This document shows, in pieces, positions 15,606-24,738 of a stretch of 64,000 nt of DNA (positions are counted from its first letter, which is position 1; every line of letters begins with the position of its first letter). Position numbers and translations under genes: made by a program. The notes under the pieces were generated by a model. It had not been told where the DNA came from. It was given only the letters and a program-made list of their open reading frames with translations, and did no database searches. The stretch is from Flavobacteriales bacterium (GTDB taxonomy: Bacteria > Bacteroidota > Bacteroidia > UBA10329), in NCBI GenBank assembly GCA_018402015.1, contig JAGYJL010000006.1, positions 5,889-69,888 of the forward strand. The letters run 5' to 3'.

Positions 15606-15997
15606 TACTCTGGTTTTGTTGCCAGAACGATCTTGTATTTATTCTGATAGGCAATGTCCATCACTTTTACAGCGTATTCAATCGGAACACCTTTTTCCAC
15701 TCTCAAAACGATGACTTTGTCTTCTGCATTGGCTAGACGCTGATGAATGATGTTTTCCATAGATCCAACCGAAACTTCGTCCTGATCTACGTAATGTTTC
15801 AAGGATTTGTCGATGGAAACGGACACGGTTTGTTTCTTAACCGACTTGGCCTTGCTACTTGGTAGAACAAGATCCAAGGCATTGGTGGTTACCAACGTGG
15901 AGGTGAGCATGAAGAATATCAGCAACAGGAACACGATGTCTGTCATAGACGACATGTTGAAGTTCGGACTGACCTTATTTCTTGTTCTTAATCCCAT
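15605..15997 (-). CDS. exbD: ExbD/TolR biopolymer transport protein
   Basis: This 130-aa protein has the motif SSMTDIVFLLLIFFMLTSTL. Confidence 0.85.
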   Translation of the reverse strand: MGLRTRNKVSPNFNMSSMTDIVFLLLIFFMLTSTLVTTNALDLVLPSSKAKSVKKQTVSVSIDKSLKHYVDQDEVSVGSMENIIHQRLANAEDKVIVLRVEKGVPIEYAVKVMDIAYQNKYKIVLATKPE

Positions 15998-16039
15998 CTT
16001 CTTTCAATTATGAATTAGTAATTATGAATGAAGAATTGA

Positions 16040-16741
16040 TCATGCGGGTTCGTGAAGCAGGTCGATGAATTCGGTAGAACGTGCTTCCATTTTAAAGACC
16101 ACTGCTTCCACCTTCGCAACCAATGTGTTGTAGCCCAAGTAGGCCATAATACCCACTACAAGACCAGCAACTGTAGTTGTCATGGCAGTATAAATTCCAC
16201 CTGCCAACATTTCCACGTTTACCTGTCCGCCAGCCATTGCCATTTCATGGAAAGCCAGGATCATACCGATAACCGTTCCCAAGAAACCGATCATTGGTGC
16301 GGCACCAGAAATGGTTGCTAAAGAAGCCAGGTTCTTTTCAAGTTTATAAGTTTCCAACTTACCTACGTTTTCAACCGCTGCGGTAATATCTCCCAACGGA
16401 CGACCAATACGGTCAATTCCTTTAGCCAGCATACGCGAAACAGGTGTGTTGTTGTTTACACACAACGCTTTGGCTGTTGCAAGGTCGCCTTTCTGAATGC
16501 TGTCTTTTACACCATTAAAGAAAGCGGGGTCTTCCGTTCCCGCCTTGCCAATGGTCAGAAATCGCTCTACAAAAATGTAAATGGCAATAATGGAAAGAAG
16601 CAGTAGCACCAACATAATGATGTTGCCGCCAATGCCACCCGAGGTCATCAATTCAATGATCGACAGCGTCTTTTCTTCTCCCAATTCTTCTGGCACCATT
16701 GTTTCCTGTGCCATTGCTGTTTGAATGAACATCAAATTCAT
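16040..16741 (-). CDS. exbB: MotA/TolQ/ExbB proton channel protein
   Basis: This 233-aa protein has the C-terminal block ISGAAPMIGFLGTVIGMILAF...AGGIYTAMTTTVAGLVVGI. Confidence 0.85.
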   Translation of the reverse strand: MNLMFIQTAMAQETMVPEELGEEKTLSIIELMTSGGIGGNIIMLVLLLLSIIAIYIFVERFLTIGKAGTEDPAFFNGVKDSIQKGDLATAKALCVNNNTPVSRMLAKGIDRIGRPLGDITAAVENVGKLETYKLEKNLASLATISGAAPMIGFLGTVIGMILAFHEMAMAGGQVNVEMLAGGIYTAMTTTVAGLVVGIMAYLGYNTLVAKVEAVVFKMEARSTEFIDLLHEPA

Positions 16742-16870
16742 AGTTGATTGTTTTAAAGGTTGAGGTATTTGTACTCGCTATCGAAAGTATCTATAGATGG
16801 TTGCAGCCTTGGTTTGCACCGCTTGCATTTATAAACACCGATGTGTTAGCTTTAGTATGCGGGTCAAGTA

Positions 16871-16900
16871 CAAAAACGTGCCTGCAGCACGCGCATTTTT
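16871..16900. terminator. Hairpin flanked by A5/T5 runs, probable terminator ~180 nt downstream of the methyltransferase gene
   Basis: The sequence is AAAAA-CGTGC-ctgca-GCACG-cgca-TTTTT. The stem is short (5 bp). Confidence 0.4.
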
Positions 16901-17079
16901 AAAAATTGAAACATAATTGATGAGTGTTACGCACTGATCTACCGTTTGGTACTGGGCGTTTTCCCAAGCTACGCAAGGGGTCAGGCTTTCCGCTTTATCT
17001 TTTTTTTTCCGCCCACAGGCTTTCCAGACTCAAAAAAGGATGCCGCTTCAATCCTTAACGCGAGGTGCCGTTGTTACTT

Positions 17080-18342
17080 CTATGTGATGCGCTTTGCCAA
17101 TTCCCGCCCAAGTTTCTCTACAATACCAACTACCAATGCATTGCCCATAAAGAAAGCGCGCTTCTGGTCGCTTATTCCATCCAATTTGGTGTGGTCATCA
17201 GGAAACATATTCAATCGTTCTAATTCCTTGGGAGTAAGTCTTCGATACTCGCCATCTTTAAAAATAACATGTTTAAATCGAGATGGAGATTTGCCACCTT
17301 CGCCCGTAATGATCGTTCTTGAAGGGCCATCCAGGGGGTCTGGAAAAATCAATCCACCTTCAGAGAACACATAACTGTGTCCCGCTGCGTTGGTCCGATT
17401 TATCTTCTTTGCACCTTTCTGATACTCCCAGCCGTTCTGCTGTTGCACTTCTTCCGTGCTTATAAAGAATTCCTGAGGCACTTCTGAGGAAGGCTCCAGA
17501 ATTTCTTCCAGAACGGTTCGGTCTCCTGCGAAGCTACTGGTCGTTTTTAGTGTCCAGAACCGTCCATCTATCATCAATCCGGTATTCTGAAATGGAGATA
17601 GTTTCCCTTTCTTATTGAACTCATCCGACACTTTTTTCAGGTCAGCATGGATGGAGTCAGTAAACGGTTTTTGCTGCGTTTCTTGAACAGGGAATTCCGT
17701 TGCAATGATTCCATTCTTAACGAGCCAATCCAGTTTGGTTTTGCTCGATTTTATCTGCTTGAAAATGCTGCTTGACTCGTGATAAGCCAGAATGAAAACG
17801 CGCCTTCTTCGCTGCGGCATGCCATAGTCTGCTGCATTTATAACGCGCCATTCCACTGCGTATCCAAGTGCATTCAAAGAAGAAAGGATGATGGCAAAAT
17901 CGCGCCCGCGCTGAGTGGCTGGAGATTTCAACAATCGATCTACATTTTCCAACATCAGGAATTTAGGGGCTTGGTCGCCCTTTTTTCTCAGAATTGCTTC
18001 TATACTCCACCACAGAACGCCTTTCTTCCCTCGAAGTCCCTTCGAGTTCTTAAGCGATGTGGCAACCGAATAGTCCTGACAAGGAAATCCTCCAACCAAT
18101 AGATCATGGTCTGGTATCTGATCGAAATGATGCTCAACCATCTCTTCAACATTGCAGTTGGAATGGTTGGCATCCGGCCATCTATGCTCGTAAACTAAAC
18201 TTGCGTGCTGTTTTTTGGTGCTCGGTTCCCATTGGTTGCTCCAAACGACCTCAAATGGAGAATCTGAAGATCTGGGATAGCCTTCCAGGCCTATCCGGAA
18301 ACCACCAACACCCGCGAAAAGCTCAACAACCTTGATGCTCAT
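17080..18342 (-). CDS. DNA (cytosine-5)-methyltransferase, no adjacent restriction or Vsr gene
   Basis: Motif I is ELFAGVGGF, IV is GGFPCQDYS, VI is LENV, VIII is QRRRRVF, IX is RRLTPKELERLNMFP and X is GNALVVGIV. A long variable (TRD) region lies between VIII and IX. The start was chosen at ATG 18342 (MSIKVVELFAGVGG). Confidence 0.88.
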   Translation of the reverse strand: MSIKVVELFAGVGGFRIGLEGYPRSSDSPFEVVWSNQWEPSTKKQHASLVYEHRWPDANHSNCNVEEMVEHHFDQIPDHDLLVGGFPCQDYSVATSLKNSKGLRGKKGVLWWSIEAILRKKGDQAPKFLMLENVDRLLKSPATQRGRDFAIILSSLNALGYAVEWRVINAADYGMPQRRRRVFILAYHESSSIFKQIKSSKTKLDWLVKNGIIATEFPVQETQQKPFTDSIHADLKKVSDEFNKKGKLSPFQNTGLMIDGRFWTLKTTSSFAGDRTVLEEILEPSSEVPQEFFISTEEVQQQNGWEYQKGAKKINRTNAAGHSYVFSEGGLIFPDPLDGPSRTIITGEGGKSPSRFKHVIFKDGEYRRLTPKELERLNMFPDDHTKLDGISDQKRAFFMGNALVVGIVEKLGRELAKRIT

Positions 18343-18424
18343 TGCACCAAAGATATTGTGCCTAAAGTTTGGATCAAAATTCAGCCAAGTAAGTTCTGCA
18401 CATCGTTCTGGTGTGCTAAAAGAA

Positions 18425-19726
18425 TCAGATGCCGTGCAGTACTTGAACCAACAACATGAAAGTAGCACTGCCGGCCGCGAAGCCAATCAATGCCAACCAA
18501 GCGATTTTCTTGAGATACCACATGAAGTCGATGCGCTCCATACCCATGGCCACAACGCCAGCGGCCGAACCGATGATGAGCATGCTGCCACCCGTTCCGG
18601 CAGAAAAGGCAATGAAGTGCCAGATATGGTGGTCTAACGGTAATTGGAACATTCCCATGCTGGCCGCAACCAACGGAACGTTGTCAATAACTGCCGAACC
18701 GAAACCCATTAGTATCACGAACACGTCATCTGGAATAGCTGCTCGAACACTTTCTCCCAGCTCGTAGATCATTCCAACACTTTCCAAAGCTGCAACTGCC
18801 ATTAGAATACCCAAAAAGAACAGGATACTGGGCATCTCGATCTTGGCCAAAGATGCGTGTACTGGGCTGTGATGATGAGCTGCTGCCGACATGGTGAAAG
18901 CTCGGTGACTTTTGATCTCAGCAACGGTGGCAACAACGGCCAACGAAAGCATCATTCCTATATAAGGAGGTAGGTGCGTCAAAGTTTTGAAGATGGGCAC
19001 GAAAACAATCATACCCAATCCCAAAAGGAGCATCCCTAAGCTTGCCGGGGTTTCGTCTGCATCGCTTTCTGGAGACGTTAGTTTTCCTTTGAAAGCAGGA
19101 AGTAACGTTGCAATGAATGTTGGAACGACCATACAGATTAGAGATGGCAAGAATAGGAATTCAACCAGTTTCACTGCCGATACCTTGTTTCCGATCCAAA
19201 GCATGGTTGTGGTTACATCTCCAATAGGAGACCAAGCGCCTCCGGCATTGGCTGCAACCACAATGAGGCCTGCAAACCAAAGTCTGTCTTCTTGCTTATC
19301 AACCAGTTTTTTGAGGATAGTAATGAGAACGATCGTTGCTGTTAGGTTATCAATAATGGCAGACAATATGAACGCCAGAATACCCATGATCCAGAGTAGA
19401 ACCTTTTTCTCTTTGGTCTTCACAAATTGCTTGATGGCACCGAAACCATTGAAATGGTCTGTGATCTCAACTATTGTCATGGCCCCCATAAGGAATACAA
19501 GGATCTCGGCCGTTTTCCCAAGGTGATGCAGCAGCACTTCATCCATATGTTCAACAGGAACTAGGCCATCGATGATCTCAAAAACAGGAACATGGAACAG
19601 TGCAACTACTGCCCAAAGAAGTGCCATCATGGCCAAGGCAGGAATCAATTTGTCTATTTTCAATGTGTGTTCCAGAGTAATAGACAGATAACCTAGAACG
19701 AAGATTACGAGAAGTACAATTTCCAT
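18425..19726 (-). CDS. nhaD: NhaD-family Na+/H+ antiporter
   Basis: This is a 433-aa polytopic membrane protein with NhaD-like blocks (SAIIDNLTATIV, AANAGGAWSPIGDVTTTMLW, SAVIDNVPLVAA). Confidence 0.75.
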   Translation of the reverse strand: MEIVLLVIFVLGYLSITLEHTLKIDKLIPALAMMALLWAVVALFHVPVFEIIDGLVPVEHMDEVLLHHLGKTAEILVFLMGAMTIVEITDHFNGFGAIKQFVKTKEKKVLLWIMGILAFILSAIIDNLTATIVLITILKKLVDKQEDRLWFAGLIVVAANAGGAWSPIGDVTTTMLWIGNKVSAVKLVEFLFLPSLICMVVPTFIATLLPAFKGKLTSPESDADETPASLGMLLLGLGMIVFVPIFKTLTHLPPYIGMMLSLAVVATVAEIKSHRAFTMSAAAHHHSPVHASLAKIEMPSILFFLGILMAVAALESVGMIYELGESVRAAIPDDVFVILMGFGSAVIDNVPLVAASMGMFQLPLDHHIWHFIAFSAGTGGSMLIIGSAAGVVAMGMERIDFMWYLKKIAWLALIGFAAGSATFMLLVQVLHGI

Positions 19727-20989
19727 TTAAATGCGTGTAGAAAGTGATTCGGGTTGGGTTAGTTCGATAAGTGCCAATTCAAACGCTGTGCGACTGACAT
19801 TGGTAAGCGATGGGCTTTGATCGTAAACATTTTTCAACGATTGATAGATCGTATTCGATGTGTCTTTGAAAATAGCGCTGTCGGTAATTTCCGGATCTTG
19901 CGATTCCATTAAAAATGCAAAGACACGAGCCATGCCGCAGTTGGCAATGAAATCGGGTATCAGGCTTAACTGAGCATCTGCATCGCTCATTATAGGTCCG
20001 TAGAATATCTCTTTATCTGCAAAAGGTACGTTGGCACCGCTAGATATTGTCTGAACACCAGCAGCAACAAGTCGTTTTAACTGATCTGCTGTAACCAAAC
20101 GTGAAGCCGCAGCTGGAATGAAAATATCGGCAGGCACATCCCAGATCTTATCGTTGATCTCGTCAAAGCCCATCATATCTTCAACCACCAAATTGTTGCC
20201 GAATTTGTGTTCAATGAACAGTTTCTTCACCGCCTGAAGGCCGTAACCTTCTGGGTTTATAAGGCCACCGTTTCGGTCAATTATACCAACTATTCGAGCA
20301 CCACTATGCGCCAATTCCATGGCAGCAGCTGAAGCAACATTCCCCCAACCTTGAACGATGACTCGCTTACCTTGAAGTGATTCTTTTCTGAAAATAGAAT
20401 AGAAGTGCTTGACCGATTCGCTTACTCCGAATCCGGTAATCATATCTGCTACGCGGTACTTAACTGGCCCATCTGGACAATAATCTGGGTCTTCCAAAAT
20501 CTTGGAAACACCGTTTCTTAACTGACCTATCTTATGGATCTTCTCTGCTTCCGTAGGATTGAAATGGCCATTGACCACACCTTCTTGAGGATGCCAGATT
20601 CCGTAAGATTCTGTAATAGGAATTACATCATTCTTCTGGTCAACGTTCAGGTCGCCACCTGTACCGTAATAGTTTTTTAGAAGCGGGGCAACGGCTTTGA
20701 ACCAACGTTCAAGAACACCTTTTCTGCGAGGGTCACGTGGGTCGAAATCAATACCGGATTTGGCACCACCGATCGGAGGGCCACTAACGGTGAATTTAAT
20801 CTCCATGGTCTTGGCCAGCGAGATCACCTCATTCTTATCAAGCCCTGGACGCATTCTTGTGCCGCCACCTGCAGCACCACCCCGTAACGAGTTGATCACA
20901 ACCCATCCGCGCGCTTCCGTTTCACGGTCGTTCCATTCGAAAACAATTTCGGGGGCGGACTCTTCGTATTTCTTCAGAAGCTCAAACAC
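19727..20989 (-). CDS. Glu/Leu/Phe/Val-family amino-acid dehydrogenase
   Basis: It has the catalytic-region motif GGAAGGGTRM...PIGGAKSGI and the Rossmann motif VIVQGWGNVA. The start is GTG at 20989. Confidence 0.8.
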   Translation of the reverse strand: MFELLKKYEESAPEIVFEWNDRETEARGWVVINSLRGGAAGGGTRMRPGLDKNEVISLAKTMEIKFTVSGPPIGGAKSGIDFDPRDPRRKGVLERWFKAVAPLLKNYYGTGGDLNVDQKNDVIPITESYGIWHPQEGVVNGHFNPTEAEKIHKIGQLRNGVSKILEDPDYCPDGPVKYRVADMITGFGVSESVKHFYSIFRKESLQGKRVIVQGWGNVASAAAMELAHSGARIVGIIDRNGGLINPEGYGLQAVKKLFIEHKFGNNLVVEDMMGFDEINDKIWDVPADIFIPAAASRLVTADQLKRLVAAGVQTISSGANVPFADKEIFYGPIMSDADAQLSLIPDFIANCGMARVFAFLMESQDPEITDSAIFKDTSNTIYQSLKNVYDQSPSLTNVSRTAFELALIELTQPESLSTRI

Positions 20990-21017
20990 AGTTTGGCGTA
21001 CAGGCTAAAATTCCGCG

Positions 21018-21025
21018 CAAATGTA
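21018..21025 (-). promoter_or_regulatory. -7 box TACATTTG upstream of the amino-acid dehydrogenase gene
   Basis: The minus strand reads TACATTTG (consensus TAnnTTTG), 28 nt upstream of GTG 20989. Confidence 0.35.
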
Positions 21026-21065
21026 AGACAAATTAAACCGCTGAGTAACCGTAAAACGTAGGTGT

Positions 21066-22142
21066 TTACGTTCGCGGAAAATGGATGACTCCAGAACATG
21101 AATCCCGTTTAGCGCCGGTAACGCTTTGCAGCACATTTGTCTGGTTTTCAGTTCTCAGAACCCCTAAAAATGCAAAGATCAATGCTTCTTTAAAATCGAT
21201 CGTCTCATCAACTGGAACTACTATTTCTGAATGAGATAATTTTCGTAATCGTTCCACTAAGAATACGTTTTTAGCTCCACCCCCAGAAAGCAGTACCAAA
21301 CCTTCCGGAGCATTCAAATTGATCACTGATGCAATTTGAAATGCAGCGTGTTCCACAAGTGTTCTCAACTTGTCTTCTACAGGCAAGTCGCTCAATTCAA
21401 CAATCGGTGAAAACGCTCTTTCCAGCCACTCGCGTGCAAGAGACGGTCGTTCACGTTTTCCATAGAGTTCAAGCGCATTCAACTTAAAGAGTAGTTCTTC
21501 ATTCAACTTACCTGAACGCGCTAACTTGCCATTCTTATCGAATTCAAACCCAAGTTGGTTGGAAAGTGGATTCAAAGCGATGTTCATTGGACAAATATCG
21601 AATGCCTTTCGGATTCCATTCTTCTTAAAACTGATGTTAGAGAAACCTCCGAGGTTAAGGCACGCATCATATTCACCGAAAAGTAGCTCGTCTCCAATAG
21701 GTACGAGCGGAGCGCCCTGGCCTCCAAGCAGTACGTCTAAACTCCTAAAGTCTGAAACACATGTAATTCCTGTACAGTCAGCTATCGATTGACCTGAACC
21801 GATCTGCACCGTAATTCCGTTTTCTGGCTGATGAAAAACCGTATGGCCATGGGAACACACCATTTGAGGTTTCGGCAGCTTTCCTTCTTGGAGAAAAGAG
21901 TTGACCTCGGCACCGATCAGTTGTCCAAATTCAACGTGCAGCATGCTTCTAGACTCAATTGATAGTTGATGGGCCGAAGAAAGTTTAGACTGCCATTCTT
22001 GCGAATAGCTTACACAGCGAGTCGCCAGGATATTGAACGACCAAGTTCTATCGAATGAGAACTCAACAAGACAAAGATCAAGTCCATCTAAAGATGTACC
22101 CGACATTACTCCCACGGCCAATGTTCTGAAACCTGTTTCCAC
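21066..22142 (-). CDS. anmK: anhydro-N-acetylmuramic acid kinase
   Basis: It has GVMSGTSLDGLDL near the N-terminus and NLGGFSNISF and GGGAKN blocks. The long track ORF (to 22343) overlaps the divergent acyl-CoA dehydrogenase gene. GTG 22142 or ATG 22106 is the likely start. Confidence 0.8.
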   Translation of the reverse strand: METGFRTLAVGVMSGTSLDGLDLCLVEFSFDRTWSFNILATRCVSYSQEWQSKLSSAHQLSIESRSMLHVEFGQLIGAEVNSFLQEGKLPKPQMVCSHGHTVFHQPENGITVQIGSGQSIADCTGITCVSDFRSLDVLLGGQGAPLVPIGDELLFGEYDACLNLGGFSNISFKKNGIRKAFDICPMNIALNPLSNQLGFEFDKNGKLARSGKLNEELLFKLNALELYGKRERPSLAREWLERAFSPIVELSDLPVEDKLRTLVEHAAFQIASVINLNAPEGLVLLSGGGAKNVFLVERLRKLSHSEIVVPVDETIDFKEALIFAFLGVLRTENQTNVLQSVTGAKRDSCSGVIHFPRT

Positions 22143-22220
22143 TTGGATTATCTGCTTTGTAAGATTAAGGATAAATAGGTGCAATGCCTTACATTTGCCG
22201 TTCACCAAAGTAGACCTGAG

Positions 22221-23363
22221 ATGAAATTTGAGTTGAACGAAGAGCATTTGATGATACAGAAGGCGGCCCGCGATTTCGCCCAAGCAGAACTGTTGCCAGG
22301 TGTAATTGAACGCGATACGAAGATGGAGTTCCCGCACGACCAAGTGAAGAAAATGGGAGAACTCGGTTTCTTAGGTCTTATGGTAGACCCTAAATATGGT
22401 GGAAGCGGAATGGACACCATATCATATGTGTTGGCCATGGAAGAGATTTCCAAGATCGATAACTCAGCATCCGTTTGTATGAGCGTTTGTAATTCTCTTG
22501 TTAACTGGGGATTGGAGAAGTATGGAACCGAAGAGCAGAAACAGAAATACCTTGTGCCTTTAGCCAAAGGAGAGAAGATCGGGGCTTTCGCGCTATCAGA
22601 GCCAGAAGCCGGATCGGATGCAACCTCGCAACGAACCACTGCTATTGATATGGGAGACCATTATCTGTTGAATGGCACTAAGAATTGGATTACCAACGGT
22701 GGAAACGCATCAACCTATCTGGTAATTGCTCAAACTGATGTAGAGAAAGGTCATCGAGGAATCAACGTATTGATCGTTGAGAAGGGTATGGAAGGGTTTA
22801 CTGTGGGTGCAAAAGAGGATAAGTTAGGTATCCGTTCATCTGATACGCACTCTCTCATGTTTCAGGACGTGAAGGTGCCGAAGGAGAACAGAATCGGAGA
22901 AGATGGGTTCGGGTTCAAATTCGCAATGATGACCCTGTCGGGTGGTCGTATCGGTATTGCTGCGCAAGCTCTAGGAATTGCCAGTGGGGCCTACGAATTG
23001 TCTTTGGCATACTCTAAGGAGCGGAAAGCTTTCGGCAAGACCATCAATCAGCATCAGGCCATTCAATTTAAGTTGGCCGACATGGCAACAGAAATTGAAG
23101 CAGCAAGAATGTTGGTTCTAAAATCTGCGTGGCACAAAGATCAAGGAATGAACTACGATCTTTCCAGTTCAATGGCGAAGCTGTATGCTTCTAAAGTTGC
23201 AATGGAAACTACGGTAGAGGCTGTTCAGGTTCATGGTGGCTACGGGTATGTGAAAGAATATCACGTTGAACGATTGATGCGTGATGCAAAGATCACACAG
23301 ATTTACGAAGGAACTTCCGAGGTTCAGAAGATCGTGATATCAAGAGCAGTTACGAAAGATTAA
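22221..23363 (+). CDS. acyl-CoA dehydrogenase
   Basis: MKFELNEEHLMIQKAARDFAQ ... ALSEPEAGSDA ... TNGG ... QVHGGYGYVKEYHVERLMRDAKITQIYEGTSEVQ. The protein is 380 aa from ATG 22221. Confidence 0.88.
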   Translation: MKFELNEEHLMIQKAARDFAQAELLPGVIERDTKMEFPHDQVKKMGELGFLGLMVDPKYGGSGMDTISYVLAMEEISKIDNSASVCMSVCNSLVNWGLEKYGTEEQKQKYLVPLAKGEKIGAFALSEPEAGSDATSQRTTAIDMGDHYLLNGTKNWITNGGNASTYLVIAQTDVEKGHRGINVLIVEKGMEGFTVGAKEDKLGIRSSDTHSLMFQDVKVPKENRIGEDGFGFKFAMMTLSGGRIGIAAQALGIASGAYELSLAYSKERKAFGKTINQHQAIQFKLADMATEIEAARMLVLKSAWHKDQGMNYDLSSSMAKLYASKVAMETTVEAVQVHGGYGYVKEYHVERLMRDAKITQIYEGTSEVQKIVISRAVTKD

Positions 23364-24676
23364 CAGAGAAGTAACTCTGCTGCTTTTTCCAGTTTATTTC
23401 CGCGCGATCCTTTAATTAGAATGGTCTCATTCTCGAATGTGTGGTTCTTCAACCACTCGTTCAGAGAGTTTACATCTTCAAAAAACTGGAAGGGATACAT
23501 ATCCTTGAATTGGAGGAATTCCTTACCAACCAAACAAACTGTTCTCAGATTCAGTGCTTGAAGTCGATCACAAACGATGCGATGCTCCTCTTCACTAGTT
23601 GAACCTAATTCGAGCATTTCCCCCAGAATGACGGAGCGATGATCTTTATCGGAACCAACTAAGTTGTTTATTGCAACTTCCATACTACTAGGATTTGCGT
23701 TATACGCATCTAGTATGAAGGTATTGGAGCCTTTGCTTCTAACCTCCGATCGATTATTTGTTGGTTCATAACTTGAAATACCGACTGCAATTTCTTCATC
23801 GCTAAGTCCGAATACAATTCCGGTTGCCACTGCCGCCATTATGTTCGGCAAATTGTATGCACCGGTAAGATTTGTCTTAACTGTAGGAAACTCATCCCAT
23901 GATCGATGCTCATTCGATTTCCGCTTCCATTGGACAGCCACATAGTTGCCATCGCGCACAACTCTACCTTGTACGTCATCTGTTGGTAACGCTCCATAAT
24001 GAAACGCAGCATCCGATCGCGTATTCTCCGCTAGGAACTTATCGCAACTATGAACCAGTAAATGACCACCGAACTTTCGAATATGATCAAACAGCTCGGT
24101 TTTGGTCTTAAGAACCCCTTCAAGGCCGCCCATGGTTTCAAGGTGTGCTTTCCCTATGTTTGTTATGAGTGCGTAATTAGGATCAGCTATGTCGCATAGT
24201 TCCTTAATATCTCCTTGTTTACTTGCCCCCATTTCAATGATTGCTATTTCATGGTCTAGGGAAAGTCTGAAAAGCGTAAGCGGCACACCAATATGATTAT
24301 TGAAGTTACCGGATGTAGCTAGCACATTGAATTTTTGACTTAAAACGGAGTACATCAATTCCTTGGTGGTTGTTTTTCCGTTTGACCCTGTAATTCCGAT
24401 AACTGGTAGCTGAAATTGGTGTCGATGATAGGAGGAGAGGTCTTGAAGTGTTTTTAATCCGCTTTCAACCAATATTAGTCTGTCGTCTCCAACAATCTCT
24501 GCATCATCGATTATAGCGTAAGCTGCTCCCTTACTCAGAGACTCAAGTGCAAATTTGTTTCCATCGAATGAATCTCCTTTAAGTGCTAGGTAGACACATC
24601 CCTCCGTTATTTTTCGGCTATCCGTACAGATTACGGGATGCTTCTTATATATCTCGTAAATTGATTCAATATCCAT
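23360..24676 (-). CDS. murF: UDP-N-acetylmuramoyl-tripeptide--D-alanyl-D-alanine ligase
   Basis: This 438-aa protein has the Mur ligase P-loop GITGSNGKTTTKE and an N-terminal CTDSRKI...GCVYLALKG block. Confidence 0.88.
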   Translation of the reverse strand: MDIESIYEIYKKHPVICTDSRKITEGCVYLALKGDSFDGNKFALESLSKGAAYAIIDDAEIVGDDRLILVESGLKTLQDLSSYHRHQFQLPVIGITGSNGKTTTKELMYSVLSQKFNVLATSGNFNNHIGVPLTLFRLSLDHEIAIIEMGASKQGDIKELCDIADPNYALITNIGKAHLETMGGLEGVLKTKTELFDHIRKFGGHLLVHSCDKFLAENTRSDAAFHYGALPTDDVQGRVVRDGNYVAVQWKRKSNEHRSWDEFPTVKTNLTGAYNLPNIMAAVATGIVFGLSDEEIAVGISSYEPTNNRSEVRSKGSNTFILDAYNANPSSMEVAINNLVGSDKDHRSVILGEMLELGSTSEEEHRIVCDRLQALNLRTVCLVGKEFLQFKDMYPFQFFEDVNSLNEWLKNHTFENETILIKGSRGNKLEKAAELLLC

Positions 24677-24685
24677 GGCTGAAAA

Positions 24686-24720
24686 ATAAAAAACCCCGAG
24701 CCAAAAAGGCTCGGGGTTTT
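24686..24720 (-). terminator. Rho-independent terminator after gldJ
   Basis: AAAACCCCGAGCC-aaaaa-GGCTCGGGGTTTT is a 13-bp stem. On the minus strand it is followed by a T run. Confidence 0.85.
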
Positions 24721-24738
24721 CTGTCAGTTATTAAAATT

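Noticed and set aside
16946-17374. A 142-aa plus-strand ORF downstream of the methyltransferase, considered as a candidate restriction or Vsr partner.
   Set aside because: Its first half is a translation of the degenerate intergenic repeat (…GQAFRFIFFFPPTGFPDSKKDAASILNA…). Its second half is antisense to the MTase gene. It has no nuclease motif.
17080-18342. Horizontal-transfer signature (GC content shift) for the methyltransferase gene.
   Set aside because: Hand counts of a few 60-nt windows gave 37-48% GC inside the gene against ~45% in the neighbours. That is not distinguishable without a proper computation, and there are no flanking repeats, tRNA or integrase.
23360-23363. Convergent genes with overlapping or abutting stop codons (acyl-CoA dehydrogenase/murF here; the LysM hydrolase/purB at 50733-50738).
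   Set aside because: This reflects compact genome organisation, which is common in Bacteroidota. No structure or extra signal is associated with it.
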